This document shows, piece by piece, positions 47,512-59,038 of a stretch of 64,000 nucleotides of DNA. The stretch comes from Phyllobates terribilis (lineage: Eukaryota). Location of the stretch: positions 1,213,650,001 to 1,213,714,000 of the forward strand of contig NW_027362761.1 in the NCBI RefSeq assembly GCF_046119375.1. Reading direction: 5' to 3'. Every line of letters begins with the position of its first letter. Positions within the stretch are counted from its first letter, which is position 1. A program made the translations under genes and the position numbers. A model generated the notes under the pieces. The model saw only the letters and a program-made list of their open reading frames with translations. It made no database searches and was not told where the DNA came from.

Positions 47512-48819
47512 AGCTGAGAGAATGAACGACATCTACATATGTACAACAAATCATCGCTGTTAATACCTGACTTTAACTTATTATTAAGTTTGACGTCTTT
47601 GAGCTTCTGTGTTTCCAAGTTTGCCGGAAAAACTAAAAACGAGCAAGAAAAATGTCTGAACCAAAAGAAACTCAAGACAAACCTTGTTTGCTGTGCACCA
47701 TCAAGTGTGAATGTCTGCTCTGGAGAGTGATATGTGGCTCTGCTGGATAGTATATAAGGGCCAATATGGAGCCCAGTCATCAGCAGAAGCCGTACAGTCC
47801 TGGGCTGTATGGACCGTATGTTCTGACTTCAATATCTATTGGAAACTGCGGTGAAAAGAACGATAAAGCTTCTGCCTTTCGTGGAAACATTGAGGATTTG
47901 AGTCCTGGCGTTGCTGCGTTAAGCACAGAGACCATACTGAGCCCATAGTGATAGCACAGAGCACACCGGTACTGGTAACGATCGCTCCGATCACTGGGAG
48001 ACACAACTTTCCATCAATATCATCTCTGACTTCTCTCAGATTGTAAAGCCAAAAAATTGACATAAGGAAACAAAGACAAAGTCTGACATGACATTCGCCA
48101 AAATACTGTTCATTGTGGTATCTGTGACCGGTCTGGAGCCGGACGACAGCACAGGACTAAATTTTAAACAGGAATAAGAGGGCTGCAGCTTTTAGCTGAA
48201 TGAGAGGTCACACATCAGGCGAAAGGAGTAAAGGATCACTGATGCCGTCACCAGTTCATCCCTGTGATTTCTTTCTTCTGTGCTGCGTGCAACATTGTTC
48301 CAACAGTTTTTGCTCTGTTAAATGATGCAAAACTACATGAGAACATTTTAAAAAGAGCATTTTTTTACGAGAGTTACGGTCGTTCTTGGATAAGCCAGAG
48401 AGGTCCACGAAGGCTAGGTGGATGGTTATCTTGTCTTTTTGGCGAGATTCACAAATTAGGAATATTAACATAGCTCGGTCCAGGAGTGTTAAAAGCGTGT
48501 GAGACTGGGCATACGACATCCATATTTCCCAAGTCTGAACTGTACATTGTAAACTGAATTAAAAGTTGCAGCTATAGCTCAATGAGAGACCCAAGTAAGG
48601 CGAAAAGGAGCAACATATCACTGACGCCGGCTCTGGTTCAACCCCTGTGACTCTTCTGTGCTGTGTGCAACCTTGACCTAACAGTTTTTGCACTATTAAA
48701 GGGTGCAAAAAAATATATAGACAAGAGTAAATCTAAAAAAAGAGCATTTTCTGATAAGAATTACGTCCGTACCTGGATAAGCCACAGGGTTTCACACTGT
48801 GACAGCCTCTTTTAAAGAC

Positions 48820-51330
48820 ATGTCGATGGCAAATCACCTTTACATTTTCACATTTGTGTGGTGGTGGCAGGTCCGATCTATGACGGTGTCTGCAAATTAT
48901 CTGAGCAAGAGAACTTATAGCAGCTGCATAATGCTTTTGTGAAGGCGAGCTCGGCCGCCAACTGTTTCGTAAATGCTGTGTTAGCCGAAGAACAATCCGA
49001 GAATGAAGAGATGAGGATGAAATTTTTTTAATACGGTCTCAAAGATGAGCGATGACGAAGTTGGTGTTGTTATACATGAATTTCTGTTATGGATAAAGGA
49101 CAAACTAAAAAGTCTCTTGTGGTCCGATCGGCAAGAATATAGAAATATGATGGAACTTTTGCAAATGCAGATAGATCGCGTGACTTCTTGCCTACGAGCA
49201 ACTAAAACAAGACTATTGCAATACAAAACAGCAAAGTACTTGTCTCCACAAGGGGATTTCGTCAAAGACGGCGAGCAATCGCCTTGCACCTTTAAGGTTC
49301 AACCCCCTGTGACTCTTCTGTGCTGTGTGCAACCTTGACCTAACAGTTTTTGCACTATTAAAGGGTGCAAAAAATATATATAGACAAGAGTAAATCTAAA
49401 TAAAAGAGCATTTCTGACGAAAAATACGTCCGTACCTGGATAAGCCACAGGGTTTCACACTGTGACAGCCTCTTTTAAAGACATGTCGTTGGCAAATCAC
49501 CTTTACATTTTCACATTTGTGGTGATGGTGGCAGGTCCGATCTATGACGGTGTCTGCAAATTACCTGAGCAAGAGATCTTGAAGCAGCTGCATAATGCTT
49601 TTGTGAAGGCGAGCTCGGCCGCCAACTGTTTCGTAAATGCTGTGTTAGCCGAAGAACAATCCGAGAATGAAGAGATGAGGATGACATTTTTTTAATACGG
49701 TCTCAAAGATGAGCGATGACGAAGTTGGTGTTGTTATACATGAATTTCTGTTATGGATAGAGGACAAACTAAAAAGTCTCTTGTGGTCCGATCGGCAAGA
49801 ATATAGAAATATGATGGAACTTTTTGCAAATGCAGATAGATCGCACGACTTCTTGCCTACGAGCAACTAAAACAAGACTATTGCAATACAAAACAGCAAA
49901 GTACTTGTCTCCACAAGGGGATTTCGTCAAAGACGGAGAGCAATCGCCTTGCACCTTTAAGGTTCAACCCCCTGTGACTCTTCTGTGCTATGTGCAACCT
50001 TGACCTAACAGTTTTTGCACTATTAAAGGGTGCAAAAAAATATATATAGACAAGAGTAAATCTAAATTAAAAGAGCATTTCTGACGAAAATTACGTCCGT
50101 ACCTGGATAAGCCACAGGGTTTCACACTGTGACAGCCTCTTTTAAAGACATGTCGTTGGCAAATCACCTTTACATTTTCACATTTGTGGTGGTGGTGGCA
50201 GGTCCGATCTATGACGGTGTCTGCAAATTATCTGAGCAAGAGAACTTAAAGCAGCTGCATAATGCTTTTGTGAAGGCGAGCTCGGCCGCCAACTGTTTCG
50301 TAAATGCTGTGTTAGCCGAAGAACAATCCGAGAATGAAGAGATGAGGATGAAATTTTTTAATACGGTCTCAAAGATGAGCGATGACGAAGTTGGTGTTGT
50401 TATACATGAATTTCTGTTATTATTGAGGACAAACTAAAAAGTCCATTGTGGTCCGATCGGCAAGAATATAGAAATATGATGGAACTTTTGCAAATGCAGA
50501 TAGATCTCGCGACTTCTTGCCTACGAGCAACTAAAACAAGACTCGTGCAATACAAAACAGCAAAGTACTTGTCTCCACAAGGGGATTTCGTCAAAGACGG
50601 CGAGCAATCGCCTTGCACCTTTAAGGTTCAACCCCCTGTGACTCTTCTGTGCTGTGTGCAACCTTGACCTAACAGTTTTTGCACTATTAAAGGGTGAAAA
50701 AATATATATAGACAAGAGTAAATCTAAATAAAAGAGCATTTCTGACGAAAAATACGTCCGTACCTGGATAAGCAACAGGGTTTCACACTGTGACAGCCTC
50801 TTTTAAAGACATGTCGTTGGCAAATCACCTTTACATTTTCACATTTGTGGTGATGGTGGCAGGTCCGATCTATGACGGTGTCTGCAAATTACCTGAGCAA
50901 GAGATCTTGAAGCAGCTGCATAATGCTTTTGTGAAGGCGAGCTCGGCCGCCAACTGTTTCGTAAATGCTGTGTTAGCCGAAGAACAATCCGAGAATGAAG
51001 AGATGAGGATGAAATTTTTTTAATACGGTCTCAAAGATGAGCGATGACGAAGTTGGTGTTGTTATACATGAATTTCTGTTATGGATAGAGGACAAACTAA
51101 AAAGTCTCTTGTGGTCCGATCGGCAAGAATATAGAAATATGATGGAACTTTTGCAAATGCAGATAGATCGCGCGACTTCTTGCCTACGAGCAACTAAAAC
51201 AAGACTCGTGCAATACAAAACAGCAAAGTACTTGTCTCCACAAGGGGATTTCGTCAAAGATGGCGAGCAATCGCCTTGCACCTTTAAGGTTCAACCCCCT
51301 GTGACTCTTCTGTGCTGTGTGCAACCTTGA
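48820..51330 (+). pseudogene. Four disabled truncated interferon-like copies
   Basis: Same recurrent frameshifts as arrays 2-3. Confidence 0.7.
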
Positions 51331-51478
51331 CCTAACAGTTTTTGCGCTATTAAAGGGTGCAAAAAAAATATATATATAGACAAGAGTAGATCTAAATAAA
51401 AGAGCATTTCTGACGAGAATTACGTCCGTGCCTGGATAAGCCACAGGGTTTCACACTGTGACAGCCTCTTTTAAAGAC

Positions 51479-52036
51479 ATGTCGTTGGCAAATCACCTTT
51501 ACATTTTCACATTTGTGGTGATGGTGGCAGGTCCCATCTATGACGGTGTCTGCAAATTACCTGAGCAAGAGAACTTAAAGCAGCTGCATAATGCTTTTGT
51601 GAAGGCGATCTCGGCCGCCAACTGTTTCGTAAATGCTGTGTTAGCCGAAGAACAATCCGAGAATGAAGAGATGAGGATGAAATTTTTTAATACGGTCTCA
51701 AAGATGAGCGATGACGAAGTTGGTGTTGTTATACATGAATTTCTGTTATGGATAGAGGACAAACTAAAAAGTCTCTTGTGGTCCGATCGGCAAGAATATA
51801 GAAATATGATGGAACTTTTGCAAATGCAGATAGATCGCACGACTTCTTGCTTACGAGCAACTAAAACAAGACTCATGCAATACAAAACAGCAAAGTACTT
51901 GTCTCCACAAGGGGATTTCGTCAAAGACGGCGAGCAATCGCCTTGCACCTTTAAAGTCGCGTACAGCAAGATAATCAGAATCCTTCTGCTGGCCGAACAA
52001 ATGATCGCTAATGCAGAGACAAAGCAAAAGTACTGA
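51479..52036 (+). CDS. Intact type I interferon-like protein (185 aa)
   Basis: One leader change (VVMVA). AATAAA at 52153. Confidence 0.72.
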   Translation: MSLANHLYIFTFVVMVAGPIYDGVCKLPEQENLKQLHNAFVKAISAANCFVNAVLAEEQSENEEMRMKFFNTVSKMSDDEVGVVIHEFLLWIEDKLKSLLWSDRQEYRNMMELLQMQIDRTTSCLRATKTRLMQYKTAKYLSPQGDFVKDGEQSPCTFKVAYSKIIRILLLAEQMIANAETKQKY

Positions 52037-52517
52037 AGAAGGCGAGCGGTGAAGCAGCGCGGGCGTCAAAAACAGGTCTCTGATTTTGTTGCTCATCTTT
52101 ATGTTTTTAATTTTCTTTTTTTTTACTGCTTTTATTTTGTCAATGAAGCTTCAATAAATTCTGGTGTCAAAGGCGATTACTGTGCGGTGAATGTTTTATT
52201 TTGTTTTTTTACTTTTCTTTCGAGAGTTTTTCAAACACAACAGAACTGGGATGTGCGCGGCGCATATATATAACATTCGTTCACATACGGTCCTCGTGGA
52301 GCCTATGGCTCGGCCACATTACTTTTTTTTTTATAGCGTAAAAGATCTTTTGCTGTTGCTAAAATCATGAACTATATTTTGCCCTTACATCTTGAGGTGG
52401 GTGGCAAGGAGAAAGAATGAACAAGCGTGTGCTCTCATTACCAGAGGAAATCTCTGTCTCCTTCCCATTCAAAACTGTTTTACAATGTTTTTTTCGGTCC
52501 CCCCCGCCTGTTCGTGT

Positions 52518-53925
52518 GAGTCTCAGTACATTCGCCTTTCTCCTCAGGGTTTAGCACACAGCTCCATCTACCCTGTCAGATGATTGTCCTCTGTATCTCA
52601 GTACATTCGGCAGTTCTCAGTGTTCAGCACACAGATGTCTCTGCCCTGTCTGCTGCACAGTCATCTGATTTTCATGTGTGCCTCAGTTCATCCGCCTTTC
52701 TCCTCAATATTAAGCACACAGCTTGTTGTGTCCTGTCAGCTGAAAGTTCCTGTGTGTCTCACACATTGGCAGTTCTCCTCAATCTGTAGCACACACCTCC
52801 GATGATTGTCCTGTGTGTCTCACACATCCGCGGTTCTCCTCAGTGTTTAGCACACAGCTCCTTCTGCCCTGTCAGATGATTGTCCTGTGTGTCTTAGTAC
52901 ATCCGCGGTTCTCCTCAGTGTTTAGCACACAGCTCCTTCTGCCCTGTCAGATTATTGTCCTGTGTGTCTTAGTACATCCGCGGTTCTCCTCATTGTTTAG
53001 CACACAGCTCCTTCTGCCCTGTCAGATGATTGTCCTGTGTGTCTCACACATCCGCGGTTCTCCTCAGTGTTTAGCACACAGCTCCTTCTGCCCTGTCAGA
53101 TTATTGTCCTGTGTGTCTTAGTACATCCGCGGTTCTCCTCAGGGTTAAGCACACAGCTCCTTCTGCCCTGTCAGATGATTGTCCTGTGTGTCTTAGTACA
53201 TCCGCGGTTCTCCTCATTGTTTAGCACACAGCTCCTTCTGCCCTGTCAGATTATTGTCCTGTGTGTCTTAGTACATCCGCGGTTCTCCTCAGTGTTTAGC
53301 ACACAGCTCCTTCTGCCCTGTCAGATGATTGTCCTGTGTGTCTTTGTACTTCCGCGGATCTCCTCATTGTTTAGCACACAGCTCCTTCTTCCCTGTCTGC
53401 TGATACATACTGTGTGTCTCAGTAGATCTGCAGATCTCCTAAGTGTTTACCACACGGCTCCTTTTGTTCTGTCTGCTGATATTTCCTGTTTCGCCACAGC
53501 CCAACTATCAGTATTTGGTTAGTATTTTTTCTCACTAGTCGGAGACAAAACCAGGAGTGGAGCTCCTTCTGCCCTGTCAGCAGCTTGTACTCTCTTTCAG
53601 TGCTTAACACAGCTCATTTTCCCCTGTCAGATGATTGTCCTGTGGGTCTCACACATCGTCATTCTCATCAGGGTTTAGCAAATGGCTCCTTCTGTTCTGT
53701 CAGATGATTGTTCTGTTTTCCTCAGTACATCGGCAGTTCTCTTCAGGGTTTACCACACAGCTCCTTCTGCCCTGTCAGATGATTGTCCTGTGTGTCTCAC
53801 ACATCGGCAGTGCTCCTCAGGGTTTACCACACAGCTCCTTCTGCCCTGTCAGCAGCTTGTACTCTCTTTCAGTACATTGGCAGTTTTCGTCAACGTTTCG
53901 CACAAAGTTTCTTCCGCCCAGTCAG
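52518..53925. repeat. 75/74-bp minisatellite (HOR4)
   Basis: Same monomer as 24234-26090. Confidence 0.95.
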
Positions 53926-54084
53926 CTAATAGATCACACTAGACCTCAAGCAGCTTGGATTGTAACCTCTCCACTCTTCCTCCAGACTCTGGGACCTTGT
54001 GGACTGTGTCAATGACTGCCTTCTGGACATCTGTCAAGTCAGCAGTCTTCCCCATGATTGTGGAGGCTACTGAAAGGACTAAGG

Positions 54085-54658
54085 CAGAGGTCCCCAACCG
54101 CTGGTCCGCGGACCAGGACCGGGCCGTTGGGGTTTTTCAGCCGGTCCGCGGCGCCGCTGACAGCTAGCTCCGCGGCCCTGCGCCTGGTCAGAGCTCGCTC
54201 TGTGTGGATTTATAATGTTTTCTGCCATGGCCGTGACAGCTCGCAGCTCCCGGCAGAGAACATTATGCAGGACGGGGTGGGGCGTCGGGCGGGTCTTAGT
54301 GACGCGGCCCTCCTGCACAGCATGGTGTGTTTCTGATGGGGTGGGGCGGCAGGCTCTCCTCACTGACACGCCCCCGGCAGAACATGTTATGTGGGGCGTG
54401 CTGGGGCAGCAGACTGGCTTCAGTGACGCGGCTCCCGGTACCGGTGTTCAGTGTGTAGCGCTGCTAAGCAGCAGCGCTGTATACACTAACGCTCAATGTA
54501 CAATGCTGCTACTTAGCAGCGCTGTACACCGAGGTCCCGCCAGCATCCTCCCCATACAGCTCCACCCCTCCATAACCCCGCCCCCACCCCCACCGGGCCA
54601 TGGAAAACTGGTCTTGCTTAAAGCCGGTCCCTGGTGCAAAAAAGGTTGGGGACCTTTG
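54085..54658. mobile_element. hAT-family MITE (574 bp)
   Basis: Same variant as 46364-46937. Confidence 0.92.
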
Positions 54659-54803
54659 GACTAAGGGGCCTTTTTAAATGCTTCAGAAGTCTTTTGCTAG
54701 TGTTTTTTTTGTTTATTATTCTAATCTACTGTGATAATGACTTTTGTGTTTTCATTGGCTGTAAGCCATAATGATCAACATTAACAGAAATAAACACTTG
54801 AAA

Positions 54804-55028
54804 TAGAATCCCTCTGTGTGTAATGACTCTATATAATAGATCCCTCTGTGTGTAATGACTCTATATAATAGATCCCTCTGTGTGTAATGACTCTATATAA
54901 TAGATCCCTCTGTGTGTAATGACTCTATATAATAGATCCCTCTGTGTGTAATGACTCTATATAATAGATCCCTCTGTGTGTAATGACTCTATATAATAGA
55001 TCCCTCTGTTTGTAATGACTCTATATAA
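54804..55028. repeat. 32-bp VNTR in the Tc1 TIR (7 units)
   Basis: Units at 54804, 54837, 54869, 54901, 54933, 54965 and 54997. Confidence 0.95.
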
Positions 55029-55275
55029 TATATGAGCTTCACTTTTGGTATTGAAGAACTGAAATAAATTAACTTTTTGATGATATTCTAATTTTGTGAG
55101 ATGCACTTGTATGTATCTTTTGTTTGCAGATTGTAACTTTTGCTTTTGTCAGACTAATTCTTCTCGTCAGACATCTTTTGGTTCGTTCTTCGCTGTAAAT
55201 ATGTGTCACTAATGTCCTGAAGGCAGAGAATGACTTGTGTAGATGAGAAGTAAACGATATGAGCCGGGCGCAGCA

Positions 55276-55360
55276 CCCAGCATGTACAGCGTAGTGGTAG
55301 TGCTCCTGCCCTACATGCCGGTGACACGGGTTCGAATCCTGAGCTGTACTTATTGCTGGG
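55276..55360 (+). ncRNA. tRNA-like element (HOR4)
   Basis: Same as HOR3. Confidence 0.55.
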
Positions 55361-56671
55361 AGCTGAGAGAATGAACGACATCTACATATGTACAACAAAT
55401 CATCGCTGTTAATACCTGACTTTAACTTATTATTAAGTTTGACGTCTTTGAACTTCTGTGTTTCCAAGTTTGCCGGAAAAACTAAAAACGAGCAAGAAAA
55501 ATGTCTGAACCAAAAGAAGCTCAAGACAAACCTTGTTTGCTGTGCACCATCAAGTGTGAATGTCTGCTCTGGAGAGTGATATGTGGCTCTGCTGGATAGT
55601 ATATAAGGGCCAATATGGAGCCCAGTCATCAGCAGAAGCCGTACAGTCCTGGGCTGTATGGACCGTATGTTCTGACTTCAATATCTATTGGAAACTGCGG
55701 TGAAAAGAACGATAAAGCTTCTGCCTTTCGTGGAAACATTGAGGATTTGAGTCCTGGCGTTGCTGCGTTAAGCACAGAGACCATACTGAGCCCATAGTGA
55801 TAGCACAGAGCACACCGGTACTGGTAACGATCGCTCCGATCACTGGGAGACACAACTTTCCATCAATATCATCTCTGACTTCTCTCAGATTGTAAAGCCA
55901 AAAAATTGACATAAGGAAACAAAGACAAAGTCTGACATGACATTCGCCAAAATACTGTTCATTGTGGTATCTGTGACCGGTCTGGAGCCGGACGACAGCA
56001 CAGGACTAAATTTTAAACAGGAATAAGAGGGCTGCAGCTTTTAGCTGAATGAGAGGTCACACATCAGGCGAAAGGAGTAAAGGATCACTGATGCCGTCAC
56101 CAGTTCATCCCTGTGATTTCTTTCTTCTGTGCTGCGTGCAACATTGTTCCAACAGTTTTTGCTCTGTTAAATGATGCAAAACTACATGAGAACATTTTAA
56201 AAAGAGCATTTTTTTACGAGAGTTACGGTCGTTCTTGGATAAGCCAGAGAGGTCCACGAAGGCTAGGTGGATGGTTATCTTGTCTTTTTGGCGAGATTCA
56301 CAAATTAGGAATATTAACATAGCTCGGTCCAGGAGTGTTAAAAGCGTGTGAGACTGGGCATACGACATCCATATTTCCCAAGTCTGAACTGTACATTGTA
56401 AACTGAATTAAAAGTTGCAGCTATAGCTCAATGAGAGACCCAAGTAAGGCGAAAAGGAGCAACATATCACTGACGCCGGCTCTGGTTCAACCCCTGTGAC
56501 TCTTCTGTGCTGTGTGCAACCTTGACCTAACAGTTTTTGCACTATTAAAGGGTGCAAAAAAATATATAGACAAGAGTAAATCTAAAAAAAAAAAGAGCAT
56601 TTCTGACGAAAAATACGTCCGTACCTGGATAAGCCACAGGGTTTCACACTGTGACAGCCTCTTTTAAAGAC

Positions 56672-57856
56672 ATGTCGTTGGCAAATCACCTTTACATTTT
56701 CACATTTTTGGTGATGGTGGCAGGTCCGATCTATGACGGTGTCTGCAAATTACCTGAGCAAGAGATCTTGAAGCAGCTGCATAATGCTTTTGTGAAGGCG
56801 AGCTCGGCCGCCAACTGTTTCGTAAATGCTGTGTTAGCCGAAGAACAATCCGAGAATGAAGAGATGAGGATGACATTTTTTTAATACGGTCTCAAAGATG
56901 AGCGATGACGAAGTTGGTGTTGTTATACATGAATTTCTGTTATGGATAGAGGACAAACTAAAAAGTCTCTTGTGGTCCGATCGGCAAGAATATAGAAATA
57001 TGATGGAACTTTTTGCAAATGCAGATAGATCGCACGACTTCTTGCCTACGAGCAACTAAAACAAGACTATTGCAATACAAAACAGCAAAGTACTTGTCTC
57101 CACAAGGGGATTTCGTCAAAGACGGAGAGCAATCGCCTTGCACCTTTAAGGTTCAACCCCCTGTGACTCTTCTGTGCTGTGTGCAACCTTGACCTAACAG
57201 TTTTTGCGTTATTAAAGGGTGCAAAAAAATATATATAGACAAGAGTAAATCTAAATTAAAAGAGCATTTCTGACGAAAATTACGTCCGTACCTGGATAAG
57301 CCACAGGGTTTCACACTGTGACAGCCTCTTTTAAAGACATGTCGTTGGCAAATCACCTTTACATTTTCACATTTGTGGTGGTGGTGGCAGGTCCGATCTA
57401 TGACGGTGTCTGCAAATTATCTGAGCAAGAGAACTTAAAGCAGCTGCATAATGCTTTTGTGAAGGCGAGCTCGGCCGCCAACTGTTTCGTAAATGCTGTG
57501 TTAGCCGAAGAACAATCCGAGAATGAAGAGATGAGGATGAAATTTTTTAATACGGTCTCAAAGATGAGCGATGACGAAGTTGGTGTTGTTATACATGAAT
57601 TTCTGTTATTATTGAGGACAAACTAAAAAGTCCATTGTGGTCCGATCGGCAAGAATATAGAAATATGATGGAACTTTTGCAAATGCAGATAGATCTCGCG
57701 ACTTCTTGCCTACGAGCAACTAAAACAAGACTCGTGCAATACAAAACAGCAAAGTACTTGTCTCCACAAGGGGATTTCGTCAAAGACGGCGAGCAATCGC
57801 CTTGCACCTTTAAGGTTCAACCCCCTGTGACTCTTCTGTGCTGTGTGCAACCTTGA
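56672..57856 (+). pseudogene. Two disabled truncated interferon-like copies
   Basis: T7 plus T5 tracts in the first copy; TTATTATTGAGG frameshift in the second. Confidence 0.7.
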
Positions 57857-57999
57857 CCTAACAGTTTTTGCACTATTAAAGGGTGAAAAAATATATATAG
57901 ACAAGAGTAGATCTAAATAAAAGAGCATTTCTAACGAGAATTACGTCCGTGCCTGGATAAGCCACAGGGTTTCACACTGTGACAGCCTCTTTTAAAGAC

Positions 58000-58557
58000 A
58001 TGTCGTTGGCAAATCACCTTTACATTTTCACATTTGTGGTGGTGGTGGCAGGTCCCATCTATGACGGTGTCTGCAAATTACCTGAGCAAGAGAACTTAAA
58101 GCAGCTGCATAATGCTTTTGTGAAGGCGATCTCGGCCGCCAACTGTTTCGTAAATGCTGTGTTAGCCGAAGAACAATCCGAGAATGAAGAGATGAGGATG
58201 AAATTTTTTAATACGGTCTCAAAGATGAGCGATGACGAAGTTGGTGTTGTTATACATGAATTTCTGTTATGGATAGAGGACAAACTAAAAAGTCTCTTGT
58301 GGTCCGATCGGCAAGAATATAGAAATATGATGGAACTTTTGCAAATGCAGATAGATCGCACGACTTCTTGCTTACGAGCAACTAAAACAAGACTCATGCA
58401 ATACAAAACAGCAAAGTACTTGTCTCCACAAGGGGATTTCGTCAAAGACGGCGAGCAATCGCCTTGCACCTTTAAAGTCGCGTACAACAAGATAATCAGA
58501 ATCCTTCTGCTGGCCGAACAAATGATCGCTAATGCAGAGACAAAGCAAAAGTACTGA
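58000..58557 (+). CDS. Intact type I interferon-like protein (185 aa)
   Basis: One change (AYNK). AATAAA at 58674. Confidence 0.72.
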   Translation: MSLANHLYIFTFVVVVAGPIYDGVCKLPEQENLKQLHNAFVKAISAANCFVNAVLAEEQSENEEMRMKFFNTVSKMSDDEVGVVIHEFLLWIEDKLKSLLWSDRQEYRNMMELLQMQIDRTTSCLRATKTRLMQYKTAKYLSPQGDFVKDGEQSPCTFKVAYNKIIRILLLAEQMIANAETKQKY

Positions 58558-59038
58558 AGAAGGCGAGCGGTGAAGCAGCGCGGGCGTCAAAAACAGGTCT
58601 CTGATTTTGTTGCTCATCTTTATGTTTTTAATTTTCTTTTTTTTTACTGCTTTTATTTTGTCAATGAAGCTTCAATAAATTCTGGTGTCAAAGGCGATTA
58701 CTGTGCGGTGAATGTTTTATTTTGTTTTTTTACTTTTCTTTCGAGAGTTTTTCAAACACAACAGAACTGGGATGTGCGCGGCGCATATATATAACATTCG
58801 TTCACATACGGTCCTCGTGGAGCCTATGGCTCGGCCACATTACTTTTTTTTTTATAGCGTAAAAGATCTTTTGCTGTTGCTAAAATCATGAACTATATTT
58901 TGCCCTTACATCTTGAGGTGGGTGGCAAGGAGAAAGAATGAACAAGCGTGTGCTCTCATTACCAGAGGAAATCTCTGTCTCCTTCCCATTCAAAACTGTT
59001 TTACAATGTTTTTTTCGGTCCCCCCCGCCTGTTCGTGT

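Larger units (their letters stand above)
48635..52036 (+). repeat. ~663-bp tandem array 4 (5 copies)
   Basis: ATGs at 48820, 49483, 50150, 50811 and 51479. Confidence 0.95.
53935..55109 (-). mobile_element. Tc1-like remnant (HOR4), interrupted by a hAT MITE
   Basis: Same sequence as 26100-26849. Confidence 0.88.
56484..58557 (+). repeat. ~663-bp tandem array 5 (3 copies)
   Basis: ATGs at 56672, 57339 and 58000. Confidence 0.95.
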
